Part shown: positions 48,068 through 58,515 of the stretch, in pieces | How the letters are laid out: each line of letters opens with the position of its first letter | Numbering within the stretch: position 1 is the stretch's first letter | NCBI GenBank assembly: GCA_963701785.1 | Contig: CAVPBC010000002.1 | Span: 2,484,458-2,548,457, forward strand | Direction: 5' to 3' | DNA from: an uncultured Bacteroidales bacterium | Lineage (GTDB): Bacteria; Bacteroidota; Bacteroidia; Bacteroidales; JAGOPY01 | Length of the DNA stretch: 64,000 bases | The notes under the pieces: model-generated | Told to the model about the DNA's origin: nothing | Databases searched by the model: none | The model's input: only the letters and a program-made list of their open reading frames with translations | Program-made: the position numbers and the translations under genes

Positions 48068-49561
48068 GGCATACTATCCTCATCATCCAGATCCTTCATA
48101 TCATTCATCCTGGATGGCACAGTGCGGAGTTTTTCAGGCAGAAGTCCATCGCCAATCCCTGTATCAGTTTCAATGGCATCGTAATCGGAGAATCGGGCAT
48201 AGCGTGCGATAAATTTCAGGTTTCGTTCACCGAGCGGGCCATTCCTGTGCTTGGCAACGCTGATGACGGCAAGGCCATTGGTAGGTGTTCCATCTTCCAT
48301 CTCGTCGATCTGGTAATATTCCGGACGGTAAATAAAGAGCACAAGGTCGGCATCCTGTTCGATGGCGCCTGATTCACGAAGGTCGGAAAGAATAGGCTTT
48401 TTAGAACCGCCGCGGGTTTCAACGGCACGGCTTAACTGCGAAAGTGCCAGTACCGGGATATCCAGTTCCTTGGCGAGGCTTTTCAACGAACGCGAGATGT
48501 TGCTGATCTCCTGCTCACGGTTTCCCTGCCGGTCGTAATTCCCGGTCATCAGCTGCAGGTAGTCGACAAAGACCATTTCGATATTATGCTGGGCTTTGAG
48601 CCGGCGGCATTTTGCCCGGAGTTCGAAGATCGATAGGGCAGGGGTGTCGTCGATGAAGATCGGCGCGTCGATCAGGCGGCTGATCTTTGAATTGAGCTGT
48701 TCCCATTCGTAATCGGCCAGGTCACCCTTCCTCAGTTTTTCAGCGGGCAGTCCCGATTCCGCAGAGATCAGACGGGTAACCAGCTGTACTGATGACATTT
48801 CAAGGGAAAATACAGCTACCGGCTTTGTGAAAATCCACCGCCATATTCCTGGCCATGGTAAGGGCAAAAGCCGTTTTTCCCATACCCGGACGTGAGGCAA
48901 GGATGATCAGGTCGGAGCGCTGCCAGCCTGATGTCATCCGGTCGATTTCCGTAAAGCCGGATGGCACCCCGCGAAGCTCTGTCTGCTGGTTTTTGGCCGC
49001 TTCGATATAATGCAGTGCTTCCTTGACCAGGGTATTCATATCCATCGTGTTACGCCTGAGGTTGCTGTCGCTGACCGTGAACAGCCCCTGCTCGGCTTTG
49101 TCAAGCATATCAAAGACATCCATGGTGTCTTCGAACGAATCTTTGATGATTTCGGAAGAAATCCTGATCAGTTCCCGCTGGATGTATTTCTGGATGATGA
49201 TATGGGCGTGGTATTCGACATTGGCTGATGAAGCCACACGGTTGGTGAGCTGTGTAATATAATAAGCCCCGCCGGCCAGTTCAAGGTCGCCGGTCTTTTT
49301 GAGTTCACTGGTTACAGTAAGGATGTCAACCGGTTCAGAGCGACCGAATAAACTGATGATGGCGCTATAAATAGTCTTATGCTGGTCTTTATAAAAAACA
49401 TCAGGTTTAAGCATATCAATGACGGAAGTCAGGGCATCTTTTTCGAGCATGATTGCACCCAGGACGGCCTCCTCCAGGTCAACTGCCTGAGGCTGCACTT
49501 TCCCGTGCTCAAACGCGTTATCCTGAGAAGTGTCTTCTTCTCTCAAATCCTTTCCTGGCAA
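48061..49561 (-). CDS. dnaB: Replicative DNA helicase DnaB, one frame break near 48823
   Basis: N-terminal PQAVDLEEAVLGAIMLE; Walker A LIILASRPGMGKTAFAL; then after an extra base (aaaGccgg) PVAVFSLEMSSVQLVTRLIS...VDYLQLM...ALSQLSRAVE. Confidence 0.9.
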
Positions 49562-49742
49562 AGCCTTTTGACTTATCTGACGGGTTGTATCGGGTGTTAT
49601 TTTCCATGCCTCAAATATATGAAATACTGACCCGGATTATCTCCCGTAACCCCTTAACTTATCACCAAAATTGATGTTAATAAGTCGTGAAAAAAAAGAA
49701 AAAAACATGTATTACCGGCACATCTGATACTAACTAAGTCAT

Positions 49743-49791
49743 GACTAATGACCAATGACCAATGACTAATGACCAATGACTAATAACCAAT
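49743..49791. repeat. Heptamer array GACTAAT/GACCAAT x7
   Basis: gactaatgaccaatgaccaatgactaatgaccaatgactaataaccaat; encodes the last codons and the stop (49780-49782) of the minus-strand gene. Confidence 0.9.
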
Positions 49792-50868
49792 CACCTCCCC
49801 ATCCAGGGTCACGTATCCCTTCATCAGATTTGCCGTCAGGCAGGAGTGAACAGGCAGGACACCAAGTATGTCCCCGATCTTGATTTCTTCGATGAACTCC
49901 CTTGGGGCGCGCACGATACCATGTTCCTGCGAGAGATTGGCCAGGTAGGCCCCCGCGATCGGGCGTGACCATTCTTTTTCGGAAATGCGCACTATATAGC
50001 CGAACAGGTGCTCCCCGTTACTCTTATATAGGAAATCTTTTGAGAAATGAATAGCCCCCCCGTAAATCGTAAGTTCGTTACGCAGCAGGCTTTTCCCGAC
50101 AACCGGGCAGGCTACCGCAACAGCGATCTGATCCAGTGTGCATGATCCGAGCGAGAATTGCATCAGGTCATAGAAAACAAAATTGCCGGGCCTGATCTCA
50201 TCAACGGCTGAGAAATCTTCAACAAGGCTGCAACCTGGCGTATCCCCGACGGATATGGTCAGTTCAGGCCAGGCCTCCAGGTAACGCTCCTTGAGGTAGG
50301 TCATTTTTTCGACAGTATCTTTATAAATATCGAGGATCTCCTCCTGGCTGTCGGCCGAATAAGTATGCCCGGAATGGGTAAGGAAGCCTTTGAAATTCAA
50401 CCGGTTAGAACTGGCAAGAAATTCAAGCATCCGGTCAATTTCATTCAGGTCTTTCCAGAGTACGCCTGAACGGTGATGGCCGGTGTCAATTTCTATATAA
50501 AAACCGACTTTGAAGGTTAAGCCATTCTCGACCGATTGCAGTATCGTCGAAGTATCTCCAAGAATATTCAGGTTAAGTTCCGCTGCCAGCTCGCTGATCT
50601 GTCCCAACTCGGCAAGGTTAACCGGGAATGCGATCGTGATATCGCGCCAGCCATAAGCGGAAAAAAATTTGGCCATACTGACTGAAGAAACCGTAATACT
50701 GTGAATGCCAAGCTTACGGAACCAGTTACCGACGAATGCAGAATTATGAGTCTTGAAATGCGGCCTGAAATGCGTATCGCTTTTTTTGGCCTTTTCGTAC
50801 ATCCTGGAAATATTCGATAAACACTGCTCTTTATTCAGAAGAAGTGTTGGTTTTGTTATACTGATCAT
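49780..50868 (-). CDS. D-threonine aldolase / D-serine dehydratase-like (alanine racemase N-terminal fold) PLP enzyme
   Basis: Start chosen at MISITKPTLLLNKEQ; RPHFKTHNS contains the PLP-lysine context of the DSD1/D-TA family; about 362 aa. Confidence 0.65.
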   Translation of the reverse strand: MISITKPTLLLNKEQCLSNISRMYEKAKKSDTHFRPHFKTHNSAFVGNWFRKLGIHSITVSSVSMAKFFSAYGWRDITIAFPVNLAELGQISELAAELNLNILGDTSTILQSVENGLTFKVGFYIEIDTGHHRSGVLWKDLNEIDRMLEFLASSNRLNFKGFLTHSGHTYSADSQEEILDIYKDTVEKMTYLKERYLEAWPELTISVGDTPGCSLVEDFSAVDEIRPGNFVFYDLMQFSLGSCTLDQIAVAVACPVVGKSLLRNELTIYGGAIHFSKDFLYKSNGEHLFGYIVRISEKEWSRPIAGAYLANLSQEHGIVRAPREFIEEIKIGDILGVLPVHSCLTANLMKGYVTLDGEVIGY

Positions 50869-50947
50869 GATTATATTAATTATCGCAAAAGATAGATAGG
50901 CAAATGTAATTATTTTAATCCTGAACCCGGGTCCTGGTATCCGGCAT

Positions 50948-51664
50948 TCATTCCACGTAAACCACCAGGTCGTCCTCAATCCCGGGTTGCTGCTGATATT
51001 TCAGGAAAAGCCTGGCAACAGTCAACACATCTTTCTGGCAGTAAACCCTGATCCTTTCAAGGTCCTTTTCTTCCCAGTAAACCCGGTGGATATCGCTCCC
51101 GTTTATATCGTCCTTGGGCGTTGGGATATCAAAAACCGCTGATAGCAGTTCCAGTGATGTATAATGTTTATAATCGCCAAATTTCCAGAGTTCCATGGTG
51201 TCGAGAGACTGCACCTCCCAGGGTTTTTTACCGGCGACATCCAGGATGAAAGGCAATGGCAGTCCATTGATCAGGATCCTCCTGGCCAGGAATGGGAAGT
51301 CGAATTCCTTGCCATTATGGGCGCAGAGCATTTTGTCGGCAAAGTTGAAATGAGCCTCGAGTAATTTGCAGAATTGCCTTAACAGATGGTATTCATCATC
51401 TCCGAAAAAGGATTTTATCCTGAATTCTTTGCCCCTGAAAAAGCCTGCCGAGATACAGATGATCTTGCCGAATTCTGCATAGATACCAGCCCGTGGATAC
51501 AGGCTCATCGGGGTATCCTCAGGGTCTTTTTTCAATGTTTCCGTTTTTCTGTCCCATAACTTCCTGAATTTATCCGGCATCTTATCATACGAGATATAAG
51601 CCGGCGCTGTTTCTATGTCCAGGAACAGGATATTTTCAACAATAATATCTTTCAGCATCATCAA
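50948..51664 (-). CDS. RNase H-fold 3'-5' exonuclease (PolB-exonuclease-like)
   Basis: ILFLDIET (Exo I), CAHNGKEFDFPFL (Exo II), YCQKDVLTVARLF (Exo III). Confidence 0.65.
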   Translation of the reverse strand: MMMLKDIIVENILFLDIETAPAYISYDKMPDKFRKLWDRKTETLKKDPEDTPMSLYPRAGIYAEFGKIICISAGFFRGKEFRIKSFFGDDEYHLLRQFCKLLEAHFNFADKMLCAHNGKEFDFPFLARRILINGLPLPFILDVAGKKPWEVQSLDTMELWKFGDYKHYTSLELLSAVFDIPTPKDDINGSDIHRVYWEEKDLERIRVYCQKDVLTVARLFLKYQQQPGIEDDLVVYVE

Positions 51665-51739
51665 TCAATTTGCGGCTAAAATTATAAAATCAAAAGGAGA
51701 TATGGCATGAAAACCTGCCTGAATTGACAATTACATGAT

Positions 51740-51747
51740 TAACTTTG
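51740..51747 (+). promoter_or_regulatory. -7 box TAACTTTG 4 nt upstream of the ATG (leaderless-type spacing)
   Basis: Matches TAnnTTTG; ATG at 51752. Confidence 0.4.
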
Positions 51748-51751
51748 CCCT

Positions 51752-53032
51752 ATGAAACGGGAAATATCACTTTTATTCTCTATTGGCTTTTTGCTGATCA
51801 TGTTATCATGCGGGAAAAAAGAAGATTCTGGCAACCCGGAAATTACCTTTATTGATCCTGTAGCCGGTCATGTTGTCAATATGCCAGATACGCTGGAAGT
51901 CAGGGTGGAGATCAGCGATGACAGGATCATCAGTTCAGTTGTCCTCAGCCTTGTAGATGAAAATAAGGTCCCAGTAATTCCTGCTGAATATTATTATCCA
52001 AACAGCCCGGAGTTTTATATGCAGGCTTCCCTTCCCATTGTCGATAAAACCCTTGCTAGCGGAAATTATCAGTTGCTGGTAACGGCAACCGATGGGATTA
52101 ATTCAAAGGATAAATATCGTGAAATCAAGATAAACGGGTTACCGGTGGAAATAATGGCTTATATCGTCGTCACGGCCCAGTTTGATTTTAAATCCACCAT
52201 TATTAAGTTAAATCCATCATTTGAAACTGACACCCAGTTCGTTTTTCCGAAAGGCTATTGCCTGTCCGGTGTTCACAGTCTCTGGGAACAGTTTTATTTT
52301 GTCTCTGCGGAACCTTCCGATCTTTTTGCATTTGATCCGGCGAACTTCGAGACGGTATGGGAAATGGAAACCTTCCCCCCAAGGCCATTGTTTACAGGTC
52401 TTTTCCCGGATAAGGAGCTCGTATTTTCAACGGCCAACGGAGATGCGGGCATTTTATCCGGCAGCGGGAACGTCATATTGAGAACCGCACCACTTGACGA
52501 TAAAATGATCAAACACGTTACAGCCGATGATAAATACATCTATGCTTCACATGTTTCACTCAGTGGAGAAATCCACCAGCTTTCAGTTTATTACAGGGTG
52601 AGCGGGAGCATTAGGGATCAGAAAATGCTTTCAGGGGAGATCTCAGGCCTGGCATCAGTTGGTAACGGCGCGCTGGTTTTCTTTTCATCAGTTCCGGGTA
52701 CAGGGATCATGGAATATGACCCGGAGAACTTATCAATGGAACAGGTGAACTTTTTACAGAATGAGAACCTCAGATCAGTTGAGAAAGTATCTGATAGCCA
52801 GTTATTTTTGGTTACCGATAACCGGGTGATCGTTTATGATCCGGGTATTAACCTGTTTACAAACTTCACAGATCAGCCCTATGATTTTTGCAGGTATGAC
52901 CACCTGTATGATATCATTTACCTGGCTAAAGGTAGCCGGGTTTATGGTTTTCACAGAACGACCGGTGATTTAATGGAAGATGTATCTTTCCCGGAAGAAG
53001 TGCTTGATTTTCAAATTCTTTATAACAAATGA
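51752..53032 (+). CDS. Hypothetical lipoprotein (Ig-like N-terminal part, beta-rich remainder)
   Basis: Lipobox LIMLSCGKK; no recognisable catalytic motif. Confidence 0.5.
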   Translation: MKREISLLFSIGFLLIMLSCGKKEDSGNPEITFIDPVAGHVVNMPDTLEVRVEISDDRIISSVVLSLVDENKVPVIPAEYYYPNSPEFYMQASLPIVDKTLASGNYQLLVTATDGINSKDKYREIKINGLPVEIMAYIVVTAQFDFKSTIIKLNPSFETDTQFVFPKGYCLSGVHSLWEQFYFVSAEPSDLFAFDPANFETVWEMETFPPRPLFTGLFPDKELVFSTANGDAGILSGSGNVILRTAPLDDKMIKHVTADDKYIYASHVSLSGEIHQLSVYYRVSGSIRDQKMLSGEISGLASVGNGALVFFSSVPGTGIMEYDPENLSMEQVNFLQNENLRSVEKVSDSQLFLVTDNRVIVYDPGINLFTNFTDQPYDFCRYDHLYDIIYLAKGSRVYGFHRTTGDLMEDVSFPEEVLDFQILYNK

Positions 53033-53736
53033 CAGGGGAAAATAATACCCGTTTACCTGTTGAATTGAAAATCACGGGAGATGGTTCACATACTTTATAT
53101 GTCCCCGGATTAAAGGAACATTATCACTCTGTTTTTGGCGCTATAAATGAATCCCGGCATATCTTTATCGAAGCGGGATTGAATCATCTCTCCCATAAAA
53201 TAAAAAAGATAAATATCCTTGAAATCGGTTTCGGCACCGGCCTGAATGCTCTATTGACTTATATCGAATCAGAAAGGAACAAACTTGTCATCAATTATAC
53301 TTCTATTGAATTATATCCTTTGAATGAAGATGTTTTTTCAAGGTTGAATTATGCGGAACAAATACACTATAAGGATGTTGATGAAATCTTTAATAAACTT
53401 CATTACAGCCCATGGGATCATGAAGTTTTTATTTCTGATTGTTTTATCTTAAAGAAGCTAAAGATTTCCATTCTGAATTATATTCCTGCAAATCAACATT
53501 TTGATTTGGTCTATTTCGATGCCTTCGGGCCAGATGTTCAACCTGAAATGTGGACCCCGGATGTTTTTAAAAAGATGGCATCCTGCCTGAAAAAGCAAGG
53601 CGTCCTGGTGACTTATTCTACGAAAGGTACTGTAAAAAGAAATCTTTCAGCAGCCGGTTTTTCGCTGGAAAAACTACCAGGACCGGCAGGGAAAAGGGAA
53701 ATTCTGCGAGCCGTCAAAAGAGTTTTTGGCGGCTAA
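53029..53736 (+). CDS. mnmD: tRNA (mnm5s2U34) methyltransferase, MnmD/DUF752-type SAM methyltransferase
   Basis: TGDGSHTLYVPGLKEHYHS..GA..ES.HIFIE, ILEIGFGTGLNALLT, FDLVYFDAFGPDVQPEMWT. Start overlaps the upstream stop (ATGA). Confidence 0.75.
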   Translation: MTGENNTRLPVELKITGDGSHTLYVPGLKEHYHSVFGAINESRHIFIEAGLNHLSHKIKKINILEIGFGTGLNALLTYIESERNKLVINYTSIELYPLNEDVFSRLNYAEQIHYKDVDEIFNKLHYSPWDHEVFISDCFILKKLKISILNYIPANQHFDLVYFDAFGPDVQPEMWTPDVFKKMASCLKKQGVLVTYSTKGTVKRNLSAAGFSLEKLPGPAGKREILRAVKRVFGG

Positions 53737-53737
53737 C

Positions 53738-54007
53738 TCACTTTGCCTTGAATCCAACATACCCCATCAGGGGCTGTTCCTGGATGTCAAACCGGTCAAC
53801 CCGCGCCCATTGCGGCCCGCGCCGGCACCAGTTTGTAAATGTCTCCATGGCATCCGCTTCACCTTCTGCCTCAATATAAACGGTTCCATCAGTCTCATTT
53901 TTTACGAAACCGTCAATATTGAATTCCTGCGCAGTTTTGGCAGTATAATACCGGAACCCGACATTCTGTACTTTTCCCGTAACCCTTATCCTGTAACTCG
54001 TCTTCAT
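53738..54007 (-). CDS. acyP: Acylphosphatase
   Basis: RIRVTGKVQNVGFRYYT...GFVKNETDGTVYIEAEG, 89 aa. Confidence 0.85.
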   Translation of the reverse strand: MKTSYRIRVTGKVQNVGFRYYTAKTAQEFNIDGFVKNETDGTVYIEAEGEADAMETFTNWCRRGPQWARVDRFDIQEQPLMGYVGFKAK

Positions 54008-54573
54008 GGATTCAGCCTTTTTATCATTTGAGCTTCTATCACCAGGAAAAGCTGGTTGGGCTCAAAACTTCGCCAGTTGAACCGGTCAAATTTACCACCA
54101 AATGCAATGTAATAATCCAGGTTGGCATGCTTGAATTCCCTGATAATGTGTTCCCTGAAATTCAAAGCCACGATCCATCCATCGTCAATATCATCAAACC
54201 ATTCCTGGTAATAATCATCTTCCGAAGAATGAAAATTAAAAATATTCTCGCCAATGAGGATGAATTTAATTACCCCTTTCATGATCAATGCATCGGCGAT
54301 ATTTCTTTTGAGGAACATGATATCATTGTGGATAGCATCGTTCCATTCCCCGATCATTTCAATGACGGCAAATCCCACTTCATAATTAACAAATAGGATC
54401 TTTAAATACAATGTTGGTGACCCGATCTCATCCCACTGGGGGTGAATGAGATAATTATAAATGGCATGGGTAAACTCAAACTCTGAATATTCCCTGTTAT
54501 AAAAGGGTGAAAATCTATCTTCGGAAGCAATATAAAGATGTCGCCAGGAGTAATATGGCTCAATATCATGCAT
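54004..54573 (-). CDS. Conserved-looking hypothetical protein (189 aa), translationally coupled to acyP
   Basis: Clean ORF; its stop overlaps the acyP start in ATGA. The central part (FAVIEMIGEWNDAIHNDIMFLKRNIADALIMKGVIKFILIGENIFNFHSS) loosely resembles a STAS-like fold pattern. Confidence 0.5.
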   Translation of the reverse strand: MHDIEPYYSWRHLYIASEDRFSPFYNREYSEFEFTHAIYNYLIHPQWDEIGSPTLYLKILFVNYEVGFAVIEMIGEWNDAIHNDIMFLKRNIADALIMKGVIKFILIGENIFNFHSSEDDYYQEWFDDIDDGWIVALNFREHIIREFKHANLDYYIAFGGKFDRFNWRSFEPNQLFLVIEAQMIKRLNP

Positions 54574-54585
54574 GTGACAGACTGG

Positions 54586-55863
54586 CTAATTGAGGTAAAT
54601 AATATTTTTAATCCGGAACCACATATGGTAAAGGCCTCCGTTGAACTCAGGGGTAAGGATAACCTGTTCCGCCTCCAGGCTATACCTTCCAAAGCCTAAA
54701 CCGGCACTGGCCGTCCCTGTTAATACATAATGCCTTACACGGCTCCCTTCCAGTGTATAAACACTTTCCCTGTTGAACATGCCTCCCTGCAGCGTCGCAT
54801 CGTAGAATACCATTTTATTCATCAATTCAAGCGAAATGTAATAACGGATCCTTTTCTTAAAGGATTTCTGATAGACGGTGGTTTGAAAAATGGATGCATA
54901 ACGGCTGTTATAATTCCCTGCCTGGAAAAATAAACCGGCTGAGATGTTATTGTACAGTGTGCCAGCCTGTCCGCCTGCAACTATGGCAAGTTCTGTATGC
55001 CTTCCGCTGAAAATGCCCTGGTCATAACGGATGTGGTAATTGATGATGATGTCGTTCTGCACCTGGTTGACCCATCCGACAGGCTTATCATCGTGGATAA
55101 GATCCTGGGCAGCACCACCAAGTGCTGCCGGGCCTATAATACCCAAAGAAAGCTCACTTTTCAGCCTTCTGCGATGTTCGGGCGAAAGTGATATCCTCTT
55201 GAATCCGAGCATGAGGTAAGCAGCAAAGGGCCGGTCATCGTCCAGAACATAGTCGTAAATAAGGTTACGCGGCGTATATAGGTTTTGCGTCAGGGTAACT
55301 CCATAATAATTCAAACCATATTTCAAACCGGGCAAAACCTGTACAAGCGGAAAAGAACTTATAGCCGGGTGGTAAAATTCAAAACCTATCCCGCTGGTGT
55401 AATAGTAATCAGTGTAATCAAACATATCATTGTCGAAAATGGCGTTGAAAAAAACTTCCGGGGATGTCCTGCCGTTTTTAAAATAGAATTGCTGTTCCGT
55501 GATATTTATTTTTTTATTTAAAGAAGATGTTGTTAATGGTTCCTTGTTTTGTTTCAGGTTTCCGCCGGCCGGAATCATGGATTGGGCGTCTATATGCTCG
55601 TCAGGGCGAAAATATTCAAAATCCTCCTCAGCTTCAGAAGCTGTATTATTAATGATCTCCCGGCTTTCAGCATTACTGGTGGAGAATCGCGATTCAATGG
55701 TCTGGTTTTGCAATGAAGGGTTCCTGCCTTCCTGGTTTTTCTTGGTGTCTTCCGGGTAATTGGCAGTTCGTTCCTCCCTGGTGGAATATGGCTCATGCCT
55801 GGCACATCCTGCCAGCAGCAACATGGAACATAGAAAGATAATATGGATGGTTACGCTTTTCAT
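54586..55863 (-). CDS. LpxR-like (DUF2219) outer-membrane lipid A deacylase family lipoprotein with long low-complexity N-terminal linker
   Basis: Lipobox LLLAGCARH; FDNDMFDYTDYYYTSGIGFEF resembles the LpxR-family N-terminal motif; beta-barrel-like remainder. Confidence 0.5.
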   Translation of the reverse strand: MKSVTIHIIFLCSMLLLAGCARHEPYSTREERTANYPEDTKKNQEGRNPSLQNQTIESRFSTSNAESREIINNTASEAEEDFEYFRPDEHIDAQSMIPAGGNLKQNKEPLTTSSLNKKINITEQQFYFKNGRTSPEVFFNAIFDNDMFDYTDYYYTSGIGFEFYHPAISSFPLVQVLPGLKYGLNYYGVTLTQNLYTPRNLIYDYVLDDDRPFAAYLMLGFKRISLSPEHRRRLKSELSLGIIGPAALGGAAQDLIHDDKPVGWVNQVQNDIIINYHIRYDQGIFSGRHTELAIVAGGQAGTLYNNISAGLFFQAGNYNSRYASIFQTTVYQKSFKKRIRYYISLELMNKMVFYDATLQGGMFNRESVYTLEGSRVRHYVLTGTASAGLGFGRYSLEAEQVILTPEFNGGLYHMWFRIKNIIYLN

Positions 55864-55881
55864 TACTGCTAAAGCAGTGGT

Positions 55882-58322
55882 TTAGAATATTTTCGGATAT
55901 TTTTCCGGGTTGATATCATGCATCAGATTATAAACAGAATCAAAGACATCTTCTGCATTCGGGTTGCTGAAGTAATCGCCGTCGGTGCTGTAAGCCGGAC
56001 GGTGTGCTTTTGCCGTCAGCGTTTTAGGCTGGGCATCAAGGTGATAGTAACCGTGCTGTTCTTCGAGGACCTTCTGCATCATATAGGCAGTTGCCCCCCC
56101 GGGGACGTCTTCATCAAAGAAAAGGACCTTGTTCGTCTTTTTGAGAGATTCTGCGATGAAGTGGTCCAGGTCGAAGGGAAGTAAGTGATTGCACATCGAT
56201 GATCTCGACGTCGATACCAAAATCGAGGAGTTGCGCTGCAGCTTCCTGTGCGATCCTGACACAGGCGCCATAGGTTACGATCGTGATATCGTTACCTTTT
56301 TTGATGATCTCCGGTTTTCCCAGCGGAATGGTGTATTCGCCTATGTTGGTAGGCATGGGTTCCCGCAGCCTGTAAGCGTTTAGCGGTTCGATGATAAGCG
56401 CGGGTTCATCCGAACGGATGATGGTGTTGTAAAACCCTGCTGCCTGTGTCATGTTTCTTGGCACCAAAACGTGGACGCCACGGATGGAGTTGACGACCAT
56501 GCTGAGGGCAGAACCGGAATGCCAGATCCCTTCCAGCCTGTGACCTCGTGTCGAGATGATCATAGGCGCTTTTTGCCCGCCGCGGGTGCGGTATTGCAGC
56601 GTGGCCAGGTCGTCGCTGATCAGCTGGAGACCGTAGAGAAGGTAATCGAAATACTGGATTTCGGCAATGGGCCTCAGGCCACGCATGGCCAAACCGATCC
56701 CCTGCCCGATGATGGTCGCTTCGCGTATACCCGTATCAGCAACCCGCAATTCACCGTATTTTTTCTGCAGGCCTTCCAGCGTCTGGTTTACCCCGCCGAT
56801 CCTGCCGACATCCTCACCGAATACCAGGGTCTCCGGGAAATGCTCCAGGATATAATCGAAATTGTCGCGCAGGATCTCCCTCCCGGGAACCAGGTGCTGC
56901 TCCTTGCCGTAAGCTGCTTTGACCTCCTTCACCTGCAGGGCATTGTGAGCCGATTCGCTGTAAAGATGGGAGCTGTAATTCTCCTCATTCTGCTTCATGG
57001 CGATGTCGCGCCAGGCCATCACATTCTTTTTAAGAGAGTTCTGGGGATTGCTGCAGGAATCACAGATCAGCCGGAGGATCTTCTTGCCTGACGACATGAT
57101 ATCTTTCCAGACCGGTTCCCCGACAACGCGCAGCTCGTCTTTAATGGCATTGATCCTTTCCGTTTTGGCGCAATTGCAGGTACTGATATCCGCCATCCGG
57201 AGAAATTCGTCACGTTGTTTGCGCATCGGTCCCAGGAAATGGTCCCATGCCGTTTTGCGCGCTTCCCTTGCCTTTTCTGCAGCTTCCGATTCAATGGCAT
57301 CAAGTTCTCCTGCAGTGGCGATCTTTTCAGCCATGATCCATTCCCGCATTTTCCGGATACCGTCGAATTCTTCTTCCCAGGCCAGCCTTTCCGGTGATTT
57401 GTACCTTTCGTGCGAACCGGAAGTGCTGTGGCCCTGTGGTTGGGTGCATTCTTCCACATGAAAGATGACAGGGATATGTTCGGCGCGGCAACGGGCGATG
57501 CCTTCTGAATATAGCCTGGCACAGGCCGGCATAATCCCAGCCTTTGACATTGTATATAAGGTAGCCGTTGCCCTTATTATCCAGCTCGAAACCCCGAAGG
57601 ATCTCTGAAATGCTTTCCTTGGTGGTCTGGAATTTCTTGCTGACCGATATGCCCCACCCGTCATCCCATATCGAAATAGCCATGGGGACTTTCAATACCC
57701 CGGCCGCATTGATCGTTTCGAAAAAATGCCCTTCGGATGTGCTGGCATCGCCGATCGTACCAAAAGCCACCTCATTGCCTTTTTGAGAAAGTTTAGAAAG
57801 ATGTTCAAGCCCGGCAACATTTCTGAATATTTTAGAAGCAAGGGCTAAACCCAATAATCTTGGCATTTGTCCGGCTGTAGGGGAGATGTCGGCAGATGAA
57901 TTCTTCTGCTTCATCAGGTCTTTCCATTCACCCTTTTCATCGAGGCTGCGCGTGGCGAAATGATTGTTCATGACACGGCCGGCAGTTTGCGGGTTGAAGG
58001 AAATATCCGTATCGCCGTATAACTGGGCAAAAAACTCTTCCGGCGACATCATCCCGGCGGCAAGCATAAATGTCTGGTCACGGTAATAGCCCGAACGCCA
58101 GTCGCCTTCTCGGAAAACCTTTGCCATGGCCAGCTGTGGGATCTCTTTGCCATCCCCGAAAATGCCAAACTTGGCCTTTCCGCCCAGTACTTCGCGCCGG
58201 CCGATAAGGCTCAATTGGCGGCTTAAATTGGCGGTATGATAATCGCGTAAGACTTCTTCTTTATCAAAAGATAACCTGCTTTCCTGCCCTGAATTTTTCT
58301 TATTAACCGTATCCTGCCTCAT
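55882..58322 (-). CDS. Fused E1 alpha/beta 2-oxoacid (branched-chain type) dehydrogenase component, two frame breaks (about 57515 and 56190)
   Basis: Alpha part: [28 protein letters not shown] (TPP motif). Linker [16 protein letters not shown]. Beta part: [46 protein letters not shown]. Three ORF pieces are colinear. Confidence 0.85.
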
Positions 58323-58515
58323 GGAATAAGACTTGCTTTTTGTTATTGCAAAAGTACTTAAAAAAGGAATAAATCAGTTTGCAGTTCGCAGGATGCATTA
58401 TGCTGAATCGCTACAATCACCCATTAAAATGAAATTGTCTCCCGGTTAATTTGCTTTTTACTCAAATAGCTTTTAACTTTACGCTTGAACCTTACGGTAA
58501 TGCTCATCCTTTAAA

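Noticed and set aside
48800-48900. dnaB (and thrS, sucC, glnN) frame breaks as programmed frameshifts or true pseudogenes
   Set aside because: There is no slippery heptamer or stimulatory structure at the breaks. Simultaneous inactivation of several essential genes is implausible, so indel error is the simplest explanation.
49743-49791. Heptamer/octamer arrays as CRISPR or as simple low-complexity noise
   Set aside because: The units are far too short, with no spacers, so this is not CRISPR. It is also not dismissed as noise, because the same architecture recurs at more than 12 loci with consistent placement. It is reported as a finding instead.
56471-57091. 206-aa ORF on the plus strand
   Set aside because: It is antisense to the E1 dehydrogenase gene and its composition is low-complexity and Pro/Gln/Asp-rich. 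Shadow ORF.
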